DNA of 58,118 nt, the filler included, from Basidiobolus ranarum (Eukaryota): assembly GCA_040143965.1 (NCBI GenBank). It is 2 parts of 2 records of this genome, joined end to end, with 100 filler letters (N's around TTAATTAATTAA, not from the genome) between each part and the next. Parts side by side here need not be neighbours in the genome. Positions count along the whole stretch, not along the records: positions 29,120 to 58,118 come from JASJQH010000109.1; 1 more part is not named here. One strand, given 5' to 3'. Both the position numbers and the translations under genes were made by a program. This document shows positions 41,190-52,708 of this stretch, in pieces. Position 1 is the first letter of the stretch. Each line of letters opens with the position of its first letter. A model generated the notes under the pieces. That model was given only the letters and a program-made list of their open reading frames with translations. It was not told the DNA's origin and made no database searches.

Positions 41190-42370
41190 ATGATTCGCAA
41201 CCTCGCTTCTTCAAGGACCTGTATTGGTCACGTTACTCGTGTATCTTCTTTAAGTGGTGTTCAGAAAGGTATATGGGTATTCACCAGTAATTTCCTTTGA
41301 AATATTACTCAAATTCTATTGTGTTTCACAGCTACAGTCAGATATCTGAGTGAGACTAAAGCCAACAACTCAACTGCCGAAATATCTGTAGCTGACACAC
41401 CTGCTGAAGGATACGTTGATGTTAAAAAAAGACTCGCGGCTTTGAGTAAGTATTATATATGACCATTTATCATTTTTTAAAGTATTCAGAATCAATTAGT
41501 GTCCATTTTACTATTGACTACCATAGCTCAATTATTCAAACAAATAGTTCGTTTTTTTCACTACCCTTACTAATGGAGGCTATTTATCTAGCTCCCGAAT
41601 ATGTCATGATCGGTTCTCGTAAAGCCAAGCGTACTACTGGTGCTCCCAACGAGCCACCTTCTCCCTATTCTTTAACCATTTCAAAACTTCTCTCCTGTGG
41701 TTTACACCTTGGTCACTCCACTTCTTTGTGGGAGCCCAAAACCTTACCGTTTGTTTTTGGTACTCGTGCTGGTATTAGTATTATCAATTTAGAGCACACT
41801 TTGACCTATTTGAGAAGAGCCTGCGCAGTTGTCCGTGAGGTTGCTTATAATGGAGGCATTATTCTTTTTGTCGGAACTAAACCAGAAATCTCCAAAATTA
41901 CTATCGATGCTGCTAAACGTTGTGACGCTTATCACGTTTCCAATAAATGGGTCCCTGGTACTATTACCAACTCTGGAACTATTCTTCGTCGTCATGCAGT
42001 CCCAGATCCCGAAAATCCTTCCCGTCCACCCAAGACATTCCGTCCTGATCTTTTGGTCATTTTGAATGCACTTGATAACCCAATCGCCATTACCGAAGCT
42101 GACCGTAAGAACATTCCTACCATCGCTATCGCTGATTCCGATTTCGATCCCTTAAAAGTCACTTATCCTATTCCTGCTAACGACGACTCGATTCGGGGTG
42201 TTGAACTCATTGCCGGAGTGTTAAGTATGGCTGCTAAAGAAGGACAGTTGAAGCGTGCCAGAAAATTAGAGGAGAATGCACAAAACAACCGTGGTAGACT
42301 TTTCCGTGACTATCGTCAAAGTGAGCCCAAAGCTCAGGCCATCCGTGGTCAACTTTTGAAGTCTATTTAA
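41190..42370 (+). CDS. Mitochondrial ribosomal protein uS2m (Mrp4-like), 3 exons
   Basis: Presequence-like MIRNLASSR..., then LLSCGLHLGHS, GTRAGISIINLE, ILFVGT, WVPGTITN and TYPIPANDDS. Confidence 0.88.
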
Positions 42371-42724
42371 GTGATGGATATTCCAAGAACCTTTCATTCA
42401 TATACACTCTAAGCATCAAGAAAAAATAGAGATCCATTGATTTTCTACCATTTTATTTCACCCATTGGATAAATGGAATTACCTCAATTTTTATACATTC
42501 TTTAAATGGTATTTTCTTCAAGAATATAGCTGGACTTGAATAATTTATCCTGCATATTAAAATCGTTTCAAACGAGAGTGCCATATTTTCATTGAGTGGT
42601 TTATTATGGGAATTGAACTTCACATGTTAATGAAGGGTGTCAGAAAACTGATGGATTTTAGCTAAGGAATTGAACAAAATATACATCTTGAAGAGGATGT
42701 CTTCTCTCAAATATGAATTCACTT

Positions 42725-45215
42725 TTAGGCTGCGGTCAATAGTTCAAGAAATATGTCTTTGAGGATGGACCGTAAGGTGTTATTCTCAGCGGTGATGCTG
42801 GATTCTCTCGAGTCAATAGTGATTTTCCCCTTTCCATGTTTACACTGCAGATTGATCACTATCTTGGTGTCATTATCTAATTCTTCATAGTCATACTCAA
42901 TTTCGTTCTGCCACGAGCAAAAAACATCAGTTATTGCTGAAAATACTACTAAAAATCAAGTGCTTACCTCATCTAGGCGATTGAGTACTTTCGTGAGGTC
43001 TACGTCTCCATATAAATGGCGTTGCCTCTGGAAATGAAGATTCGGGATATCGTACACACTACCGAGCTGAATCTCATTCTTACCGTTGGCAATTCCAAAG
43101 CTACCAGTTATTTCGGAGTATTCCGAATGTCCATTCGATGTCGGTTTCAAAGCTGTCATAATCTAATGGAATTGTGAGAAATCAAGTGGAGAGTGAAGAG
43201 CATTGGAGTTGTATAGCTTACTGGCTCTGTTAACAGAACGCGGTCGAATTCAAATCGCAAGGGAATCGACACTATTTCTAAGGGTGTGTACATATTCACA
43301 GTGGTTGAGTGGTCGATCATTTTATGGAATGATTGATCTTTTGGAACAACAACATGCGATAACTTATAGTTTCGTACGAGTAGCTCAACATCTTCATTAT
43401 TTAGTCCCCCTTCCAATGGACAATAATTCACGTTGAGTGACAGTGGTTGGCAACTTTTGAGAGCTTTGATGTAATCGTATTCAGCGTCTTTTAAGACAGA
43501 GGTTAGTTGAGTGAATGCTAAATTAAGCAGGCAGATGAAGGGCATTACCGGTGAATATAATTGTATTCTTAGGATCATTCTTCCACATATCAATAAAGCG
43601 GGTGACATCTCCAACCATTAACGAAGGATGCCCAGCAAAGATAATGCAGGGTTCCTTGAAGTTTCGACCAAATGCTTCGCTCAAGTTTGGATAGTAGGAG
43701 AGTTTTTCATTTGCAATGAGTTCGCTGTGTATAAGAGGGGCTTCGGGTAGATATACTTTCTCCTGTTTAGCTGAGCACATCCTATAGGATTCAAAGCAGT
43801 AAGTACTCGTACTTCAAATACATCAAAATGTACAAATTACCATTCGGCCAAGATATTCGAGTATTGCAAAGATTTGGCAGCAACAGGCGAGATCACATAC
43901 ATATGAACATCAGCAAAGCTCATATTTGAAAGATATTTACTTAGCACTTCTATGATATCAAATAGGGTGCCGCAAGGGTACGTAGGGAAGATCACGTTTC
44001 CACCTTTTCGCAGTGTTTTTGCTGTACAATTTCCAGATATCAAATTAGTGTATGGGCATTGAGTATTAAACAATAGGTAAGAAAATACCTGTTGAGGTAC
44101 AAAGCTCATTGTAGAAGCTTTGAAGTGGTTGAATATTCGAATTTAAACTCACCTCCCCAAAAATAGTCATGTCGCTATTTTTGAAGATTGAAGGGTCAAA
44201 GGGACTGGCATGTGTTGATGGTGCAACAGAAGAGGTTGAAATGAAGGAGATCTACGTGCGAGAATATGAATATTGTGGTATTATGGATGATTTTTGCAGC
44301 ATTTTGAAGCTACTCACCAGTTTGTCACCGTATTTAATAAGCCAGTTAGAACCTCCCAAACAATATCCGGAGCTGGTTGCTGTGACCTCAATGGAATCCA
44401 CTAAAGACTGAAAACTAATTAAAAACTTCGACAATATAACTTCTTTTCCATCAAACTACGTACCAATTTTTCTTGATATCGAATGGGTTGTATCTTGTAT
44501 ATGCATGATTGGATATCATTAAAGCTATACATACGCCTTAATAGAGAGCTTTTCTGATTGAATTCAGATGTGTACTTGCTTTATAAACCAGACTGGTAAA
44601 TATTTGCAAAAAAGTCGAGTTTTTGAAGCGAAGAAGAGTTACCTAGTATTACTATTTTCGTTGGAGTGCTCTCGTTGGTAAAAAGGATCCTCGGCATATT
44701 TTACAAGCTCTTCCATCAATTGACTAAGTTATATCGTTAGTAAAGGCTAGATCAAATTTACAATGCGCAAAACACGATTACATACCAACCAAAATTTATA
44801 GTAGGCTCAGTCGCATAAATTTGTCCTTTAAAGTCGGTATATTCAGTAATGAAAGGCAAAGCTAACATCTGCTTAAAGTTGGAAATCAGAATGAAATCAA
44901 CTGTGCTGAAGTCAACATCGGTAAAGTTTGGTGTTTCCACAAGGAGTCGACGATCATTAGACTGTTTTAAGTTTTGACTTTGTGCAGCTAGGTCTATATT
45001 GTCATTATCTGAAGAATTGAAGAGATCAGCTCCAATACGAAGCCCACAATCTAGTAATATAACAACATCGCGAAGTTTAAGCAAAAAAGAGCCACCACGT
45101 TCTCCTTGGCCTAAAGATTGCTAAGAAAATTTTAACTGTCATGCAAAGTGTTTATATTTATTTCCCAAGGTTTAAGCCTTAGAATAGACGAAATGTTTGT
45201 TCTTACCAACTTCAT
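42725..45215 (-). CDS. INTS9: Integrator complex subunit 9 (inactive MBL/beta-CASP), multi-exon
   Basis: ILLDCGL, DFILISNFKQMLALPFITEYTDFKGQIYATEPT, SSGYCLGGSNWLI, GGNVIFPTYPCG, SLQYSNILAEWMCSAKQEKVYLPEAP and PCIIFAGHPSL.GDV are INTS9-type motifs. The HxHxDH metal site is absent. Confidence 0.88.
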
Positions 45216-45718
45216 AGTTGAATTTAATAGTTATGTAAAGTGTAACTTTGCTATAAACTCGTTTGAGAAGAAAAGTATAAAATAACTGGCTTTGTAGTAA
45301 AATTGATATCATAGGTGAGATTTGTTTCCGCAGTCATGAACCTAATTTATTCATTAAAGTAAATATTCGGCCTATGATGAGGCAAGTGATGCTGTTTTCT
45401 AAATCGTTGATAGACAACAAATCAATCAATTTCATGGTTATATTGAGCAAAATAGCATTGAAATGAATATATTAAACAAAAATACAAGGTATTCAGTTTT
45501 AGTTAACATTATATAAAAGCAATAACAGTTAAGAGTGGCTTAGCTCCGATATAGGGGCTGATGACAAAATATAGAAGCTAGTCTATGTTTTCTTCGCATA
45601 CATGGTGGCTTAGACTTCATCACAAAGACATTATCTTGGGAGAAATACTAGTATATATAGTACGGCATGATTCCCTACTAAATGCTCAAGCAAAGTGCTT
45701 ATTTATCTTTTTAAAATC

Positions 45719-46174
45719 ATGACCCAATCCCAACAACCTCAACAGTATCCTCGCCGTGAGGAAAATTCTCACAGTCACTTCGGTCGTAATTCCGGTAGTC
45801 GCCGTGCTGAAGAAGAGCAGGAGTATCCACGTAGTCATCGTTATGGTCGTGGCTTCGGTCGCCAATACGAAGATGAAGAGCAAGAATATCCCCGTAGCCG
45901 CCGTTATGGACGTGGCTTCGGTCGTCAATACGAGGATGAGGAGCAAGAATATCCCCGCAGTCGCCGTTATGGACGTGGCTTCGGTCGTCAATACGAGGAT
46001 GAGGAGCAAGAATATCCCCGCAGTCGCCGTTATGGCCGTGGTTTAGGTCGTCAATATGAGGACGAGGAGCAAGAGTATCCACGCAGTCGCCGTTATGGCC
46101 GTGGTTTCGGTCGTCAATATGAGGACGAAGAGCAAAAATACTCTCGCGGTCGTCGTTCCAGTGGTCAAAACTAA
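45719..46174 (+). CDS. Small hydrophilic protein with 21-aa tandem repeats
   Basis: Intronless 151-aa ORF with a TATA-like GTATATATAG at 45651. Repeat differences are mostly third-position synonymous in this frame. Confidence 0.8.
   Translation: MTQSQQPQQYPRREENSHSHFGRNSGSRRAEEEQEYPRSHRYGRGFGRQYEDEEQEYPRSRRYGRGFGRQYEDEEQEYPRSRRYGRGFGRQYEDEEQEYPRSRRYGRGLGRQYEDEEQEYPRSRRYGRGFGRQYEDEEQKYSRGRRSSGQN
45812..46156 (+). repeat. 63-bp coding tandem repeat, 5 full units plus a partial
   Basis: Units start at 45812, 45875, 45938, 46001, 46064 and 46127 (partial), encoding EEQEYPRSRRYGRGFGRQYED. Confidence 0.95.
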
Positions 46175-46997
46175 ATAATCAATAATTCAGAGCAGTTTAA
46201 CAAAGGATTAATTTTATCCACTACGAATTTTTCAATAAATTTACTATTTGTGTAATCAAATTCCGTTTACAATTTATTTGATCATGTTTCGAATTACATG
46301 GATTATCAAAAAAACGCACATTGTTGCTGGCTGTAATATTGCCGAATAGAGTTAACGAAGATAGGTTCTCGTTGGCTCAATGCGAGAAATTCATTTTAAT
46401 GATCGTATTTAGCATAGAATATCCATAAATTGCCCTAGTTAGTATCATATAATTGGAAATCAGTGTATATACTTATCAATCAAATTGAGTAGTACTACAT
46501 TAATCAATTAACTTGAAGATCTCTTATACCGAGGCCGAGAACGATTAACGATTCTTTAGAAATTAATTCTAGTCAAATCAAATCAAACAACTCTTTGAAG
46601 AAAACTTGAGTAACAACAAACAAACTAGATATCGTGAGATTGACAAATCCCTTTTTGAGATACTTCTTGGAGAAAGTGGTTTATTGTCCAACTAGCCAGG
46701 TCATAAGGTTGGTCAATGGCGGTGAAGCATAACACATATCACAATTTAGACTTCAAGTTGCACCAGAGTTCAACAAATCCTATAACTGATAATGTGTGTG
46801 CTGGGTAGATGCTGAGTGATGGAATAGGCTTAAATAGTTCTGATTAAACCCCGATACTTTTCTGGGATATTTCCACATCCAGCTCACCCACAAATAGATT
46901 TGAGGTGGGACAAATATGTACAGCAGTGACAATGCTATAAAACGTCACCACTGTCTTCTTCATCAGTTATTCCCCTCCCCCACATCTTGTTTCCAAA

Positions 46998-49604
46998 ATG
47001 TCTCCAGATTCGAAATCGCAAGTTGGTCAACTCTTGATCGCAGGTTTCCATGGCCAAACTCCGGATGAGAATATCGTCGATTTGATTGAAAATCATAATC
47101 TTGGCTCTATCATTTTGTTCAGTCGTAACATCAAGAATGCCGAGCAAATCCGTAAACTTACCTATGACTTGCAACTTATCGCTAAAAATGCCGGCCACAC
47201 ACGTCCCTTGTTTATCTCTGCTGACCAAGAAAATGGTGTCGTACAACGTTTGGGTGAATCTGGAACTTTCATGCCAGGAAACATGGCTCTTGGTGCTATC
47301 AACTGCACAGAAACTGCTAGGAAGGTGGCTGTGGCTACTGCTAAAGAACTTCTGGCTCTTGGCATCAACTGGAATCTATGCCCCAGTTTGGATGTAAATA
47401 ACAACCCCTTAAATCCAGTCATCGGAGTTCGCTCTTTTGGGGAGGATCCCGTGACTGTGGGCCGTTTAGGATGTGCCATCATTGAAGGACAACAAGCTAC
47501 CAATATTCCTACTAGTATTAAGCATTTCCCTGGTCATGGAGACACAGCTACAGACTCTCACCTCGGTGTCCCTGTGATCAACAAGAGTATCGAGGATTTG
47601 GAAAACTTAGAACTTATTCCCTTTCAGCAGGCTATTTCCTCAGTTAATCCTGCGTCAGTGATGATTGCCCATATTAGTCTTCCAGCAATTATTGCGAAGT
47701 CCGAGAGTGGTAGTGATCGTCCCGCAAGTATTGCCCGCGAAATTTCTCATGATCTTTTGAGAGTTAAGATGGGTTACCAAGGTGTCATTGTCCCTGATTG
47801 CTTGGAAATGGACGCGGTTGATAAAACTTTCGGTGCAGATGTAGGAGCATTAATGAGTTTAAAGGCAGGAAATGATATGTCCATGGTCTCACACACCTAC
47901 TCAAAGCAGAAGAAAGCGATTGCGCTTATTCAGTCCGCATTAGAATCTGGAGAGTTGGAAAAAACTGAATTCGAAGCCTCCTTGAAACGAGTCAATGAAC
48001 TTAAAGATAAATATTTATCTTGGGAAACTGCTTTACCCGAATCATTTGACTACAGTATCATAAGCTGTCCTGAGCACATTCAGATGAGGGATACAGCCTA
48101 TGACCTCTCGACCACCATTGTACGCAATAACGCTGGATTGATTCCTTTAAAGCTCGAATCATCTGACTATGTTCTCTTTCTCGCTCCTCATATCCCATTG
48201 ACCAAGGCCATTGATATGAGCTCGGATCCATTCGCTCCTTTGTACACTTCACTTCAGAAACGCCATAGCAACATGAAGTTTGTTAGCTTCAATGAGGAGG
48301 CCTCAGACATTACTTCACCCGATGCAAAGATGATTAATGAAGAAATCGAAAAAGCCACCACTATCATTGTTAGTACGGCCAACGCCAACTTGTACGATTT
48401 CCAACCTAAATTAATGAACAGGATTATCAAAACTAATAAGCCAGTGATCTGTGTTGCTGTGATCAACCCCTACGATATCATGACTTTCCCCGATATCCAA
48501 ACTTATCTCGTCACTTATGAATATTCTCCACCTGCTTATGAATCCGTTTCCAAAGTAATCTTTGGAGAGATCGAAGCTAAAGGAAAGCTTCCTGTCACTA
48601 TCCCTGGTATCAAAGATATTGAATGCAAACCAAATAAATGGATAGTTGAACATTATCAAGTTGAGCGGGATTATAAACAAGTTGTCAAGCTTTGGGAAGC
48701 TACTTTGGGAGGTAAATGGCCATTATCCGCTGAGCGTATAGCGCACATATTAAACAAGGGTTCTGAACCATATCACTTTGTCGTTCGTGAAAATGACACC
48801 TTGATTGGTTTTGCTGCTACTTATCAAAGCCCAGCTGATCGTCACAAAGTACAAGTTGGTCATTTGGCACTTATTCTTGTCTCTCCTGAACGACAACAGC
48901 AAGGTGTTGGAAGTGCCCTTCACAATTCCGCCATGGTTCACCTTCGCTCCAACAAAGCCATCAAGTCAGTACAACTTGGTTCAACATATCCCCGCTTCTT
49001 CTGTGGTGTTCCCGAAAACCTCAGTGAGGCCGTAGATTTTTTCCAACATCGTAATTGGGATCTTAGTTCCCACTCAGTTTATGATCTTACCCAAGACATA
49101 ACAGAATACGAGACACCTAGTTACGTAACTGCACGTATGGAGAAAGAGGGTATATGGTTTGGCCGCATAACGCCTTCTGAATTGTGGGAACTTTATGCTT
49201 TTGAAAATCAATATTTCCCATACTGGCTCTCGACCTATAAACATCATGCTGAGCTTGGTGATTTTCAGGATCTCCTTGTTGGGCGCGATGGGGGTCCCGA
49301 AGGACCTATCATCGCTGCTACGGTCGTCTATACTGCAAATGGATCCCATGAGTTACGCTCTGATATCCCATGGCAACACGAATCACTTTTAGGCGCAAAC
49401 TGTGGTGGTATGGCTTGTGTTGGTGTGGCAGATGAGCAGAGAGGAAGAGGAATTGGTATAGGTATCGTTGCGTATGCCAATGAAGTATTGCAGAGACGTG
49501 GTGTGAAAGTCAGTTACGTTGATTGGGTAGAGTTGGTTGGATTCTATGGCAAAACAGGCTACAAGGCATGGAGAGAATACAAAATGAGCTCGCAAAAATT
49601 CTGA
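46998..49604 (+). CDS. GH3 beta-N-acetylglucosaminidase fused to tandem GNAT acetyltransferase domains (RmNag/Ngs1-like), intronless
   Basis: ADQENGVVQRL, NPVIGVRSFG, KHFPGHGDTATDSH and PDCLEM; GNAT motif-A segments VSPERQQQGVGSAL and VGVADEQRGRGIG, with FYGKTGY. Confidence 0.92.
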   Translation: MSPDSKSQVGQLLIAGFHGQTPDENIVDLIENHNLGSIILFSRNIKNAEQIRKLTYDLQLIAKNAGHTRPLFISADQENGVVQRLGESGTFMPGNMALGAINCTETARKVAVATAKELLALGINWNLCPSLDVNNNPLNPVIGVRSFGEDPVTVGRLGCAIIEGQQATNIPTSIKHFPGHGDTATDSHLGVPVINKSIEDLENLELIPFQQAISSVNPASVMIAHISLPAIIAKSESGSDRPASIAREISHDLLRVKMGYQGVIVPDCLEMDAVDKTFGADVGALMSLKAGNDMSMVSHTYSKQKKAIALIQSALESGELEKTEFEASLKRVNELKDKYLSWETALPESFDYSIISCPEHIQMRDTAYDLSTTIVRNNAGLIPLKLESSDYVLFLAPHIPLTKAIDMSSDPFAPLYTSLQKRHSNMKFVSFNEEASDITSPDAKMINEEIEKATTIIVSTANANLYDFQPKLMNRIIKTNKPVICVAVINPYDIMTFPDIQTYLVTYEYSPPAYESVSKVIFGEIEAKGKLPVTIPGIKDIECKPNKWIVEHYQVERDYKQVVKLWEATLGGKWPLSAERIAHILNKGSEPYHFVVRENDTLIGFAATYQSPADRHKVQVGHLALILVSPERQQQGVGSALHNSAMVHLRSNKAIKSVQLGSTYPRFFCGVPENLSEAVDFFQHRNWDLSSHSVYDLTQDITEYETPSYVTARMEKEGIWFGRITPSELWELYAFENQYFPYWLSTYKHHAELGDFQDLLVGRDGGPEGPIIAATVVYTANGSHELRSDIPWQHESLLGANCGGMACVGVADEQRGRGIGIGIVAYANEVLQRRGVKVSYVDWVELVGFYGKTGYKAWREYKMSSQKF

Positions 49605-50914
49605 AATTAATTCAGGCGAGACACTCCACCCATCCTCCATCATTGCATTGTAATTATCAAATAAATTCCATTCTATTCAATATCAATCATGCCATTGAAT
49701 AATCATTCAATGGCGATAACAGTCTTGCCTTCACCTGATGGAAGTTACCTTTTAGAGAAATAATCAGTATATATGGCAAGGTCAATCAATGACTGGGTTT
49801 TAACTTTTTTCTATATCTGAGAGCAGAGTTTCAAATATCTCCCATATCTGGGAGTAGAGGTTTTTATTATACTTAGATATACATATATGCAAAAGCTTGA
49901 TTGGACTTGTGGTTATTATTCAAGTGCTTGTATTACCATTACGGTAATCATTAAGAGTTACCAGCAGTAATCATCAGTAAAACGTTACCAGCGTTGGACA
50001 CATTAGTCTAGATGATTCATATCCCAAAGTTCGTAGGAGATGTTCTCCACATCTGAAAGCCAATCGCATCTCTGGATGGTGCAATTTATTGTGAGCAACA
50101 TGAGCTCTGTCAACTGTTGCTTCATTTAGATATCGGATTCTTGTTTCCCCACTTTAGCATTCCCATTTTGAGCTCTTGGGAAAGTTCCATCAAGATTCTC
50201 CCACGATTCAACCCTGTCAAATATAGATGTATTTTGAAACATTGCTGAAGTTCATGTATTGGGATTAGGAAAAGAATTAGGAATGCCTTACCTCATGTTA
50301 CCAGTATCGTTGGCTGACATGGTGTTGTGTTATCTTTTGTATTAGCTATCGTTTGATTCGATCTGAATCTATGTGCACTGCACAATTTACTAGCTACGGT
50401 TGAATGTAAAAGGTGTATAGATAAGGAATGCAGCCAAGCAGGCTAAGCGTATGGATAAGTGATGTACTGTTTAAGAGTACACATGATGTTGACCAGAAAG
50501 AGCTGGTACACAATATTGAGTCATTTCAAAGTTTATCTTCAGCTGACGCACATATTTCTTGATGGGCTGATTTTAAAGTGAGCTTCAATTGTTCGGCACT
50601 TGTTCTCAAATGATGTTAGGTAGCTTCTTTGTGGTACAACTAGGATGCTGATGTGAGCAGTATTAATCAGAATCAATTGAGAAACAAAGTAATGAAACCA
50701 TAAATGCTCCTCACTGTTACTTCCTGGTTTGGTGTTCGTTGCTTTCCCATACCCGTTTGGTAGTGGTTCACGTCCTACAGTAAGTGATCTCGCCGCCATT
50801 TTTTATGCAAGTAGCTTTTAAAGCAATCCTTCAAGCAGGTATATAAGGGCATCCTTTGGCGTATACTAATCATTAGTTCTTTCTCTATTTACAAACCGTG
50901 GAAGAAGACGCAAA

Positions 50915-52708
50915 ATGAAGCTTAAACAATTCTCAGACGATCCTTTCAAGACAGCTCAAGACCCAGAGGCTAAGGTTCATGAAATCGAGCTAGTTAACGA
51001 GCAGCCTTTGACTACTCGCAAAGAACTATGGTCGTACTACTTATTTTACAATGGAGTAAGTCTACTTTATCCTTGAATCTATATTTTATCTACCTGAAAC
51101 TAATAGATATTCTTACGTAGGATAATGGATTCACTATGTTCAGCTACATGCCAAATATTCTTCAGTATTTGGCTTACAGTGCTGGATACGATAGCTCGGA
51201 CCCAGCAAAGTTAAAGCCTTGCGATACCAACGATCCTTCGATTGTGTGCATGATTCCATTCGGATCTGCCGGAAATATCCCTGTCTCATCAATGGTGCTA
51301 TATGTTCAAGCTATCGCTTTTGTTTCCCAGTTTCTACTCTTCTTGACATTCGGAAGTTTAGCCGATTATGGAAGTGAGTAACAAGAATTCTATTTCGCTG
51401 CTTTACATACTAACTGTTCCTTTCAAAAAGGTTGGGGTAAATGGATTCTTCTGCTTACTACTTTCGTGGCTTGTTTCTGTCAGATCATCCCGATCGCATT
51501 CAATAGTCCAAGCCAATGGTCAGGAATGATGGCTATCATGATCTTTGGTAATTTTAAGAATTCTCTTCAGTTGAGTTTCCATGTACTTACTCTCTTCCTC
51601 CAATTATTTAGCCTTGATATCCTACGGTGCTTCCTTGGTCTTCTATGCTGCCGCTTTCCCTACATTGGCTGATAATTTACCCGTCGTAAGAGCAGCACGT
51701 AATAATCCCGAGATGTCAAAAGAGGAAAAGATGACTATTGCCGAGAAATGGAGAAATCATGTATCCACTATTTCCACTACCTGGTCCAACGTTGGGTTCC
51801 TGATCGTAACAAGTGCCCTTGCTGGCATAAGTCATATCCCATATAATGGTAAGACTCTGGGCGACGATACCTACAAGTTCAATCAGATTGGTACGGTTTT
51901 CTGCGGTTCTTTCTGGGTGATCAATGCTATCTGGTATTTCATGTTTATCCCCAAGGGTAGACAAGGTCCTGCTTTGCCTAAAAATAGTAACTACGTGACA
52001 ATAGGATGGAAATCCGTCTTTAAGGCACTTAAGGAAGTGAAACGTTTGAAGCAAGCTTTCATGTACTTCATTGCTTACTTCTTGTTCTCTGACGGTATTG
52101 CCACTATCAATCAGATGGTCGGTATCATTCAAGCACAAATCACCTCGTTCGATGGTACAGAACTCACATTACTCAATTTGGTGTCCGCTGTTTCTTCCAT
52201 CATCGGTTGCATGGGTATGCTATATCTCCAAAAGGTTTTGAAAGTTCGCACGAAGATTGCTTTATTATGTATTTTGTGTGCTTCCACTGTTGTCCCCATT
52301 TGGGGCTGTTTTGGTATTAAGTTTACTACTTGGGGAATCCACACCCGTACTGAGTTATGGATCTTCTATGTATGGTCGGGACTTGCTATTGCTCCCATTT
52401 ATGCTTGGCAACAGACGATGCTTGCTGAGTTAATTCCCAAAGGAAAAGAGGGTCTTTTCTTTGGACTCTTCGGTATCGTTAATAAGGCATCTTCTTGGAT
52501 CGGTCCTGTTGTCATTGGAGCGATCACTAATATCACTTACAACCAATGGAATGGTTGGCCGTTTATTCTGGCACTTATGATTATTCCCATTACTATTATC
52601 TACTTCATCGATGAAGAGAAAGCCAAAGAAGATATCGAGGAGTATTTGCGGGTCGAATCAGCCAAAGAACCCACCTGCTTGTCAATGGAGTTGGAAGAGA
52701 AGAAGTAG
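50915..52708 (+). CDS. Atg22-like vacuolar effluxer (MFS transporter), 4 exons
   Basis: TTRKELWSYYL, FGSLADYG, FYAAAFPTL, YFLFSDG and LAELIPKGKEGLFFGLFGIVNKASSWIGP; multiple TM segments. Confidence 0.85.

Noticed and set aside
45812-46156. 63-bp periodic repeat as a CRISPR-like array
   Set aside because: There are no unique spacers; the units are contiguous, in frame and vary synonymously, so this is a coding repeat.
22138-49604. Chitin/GlcNAc gene cluster (CE4 pair, ALG13, GH3-GNAT)
   Set aside because: The genes are more than 20 kb apart, separated by housekeeping genes and an assembly gap, and ALG13 serves N-glycosylation.
49691-49714. Perfect 10-bp hairpin GCCATTGAAT-aatc-ATTCAATGGC downstream of the GH3-GNAT gene
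   Set aside because: No U-tract, a eukaryotic context and a single instance; may be chance.
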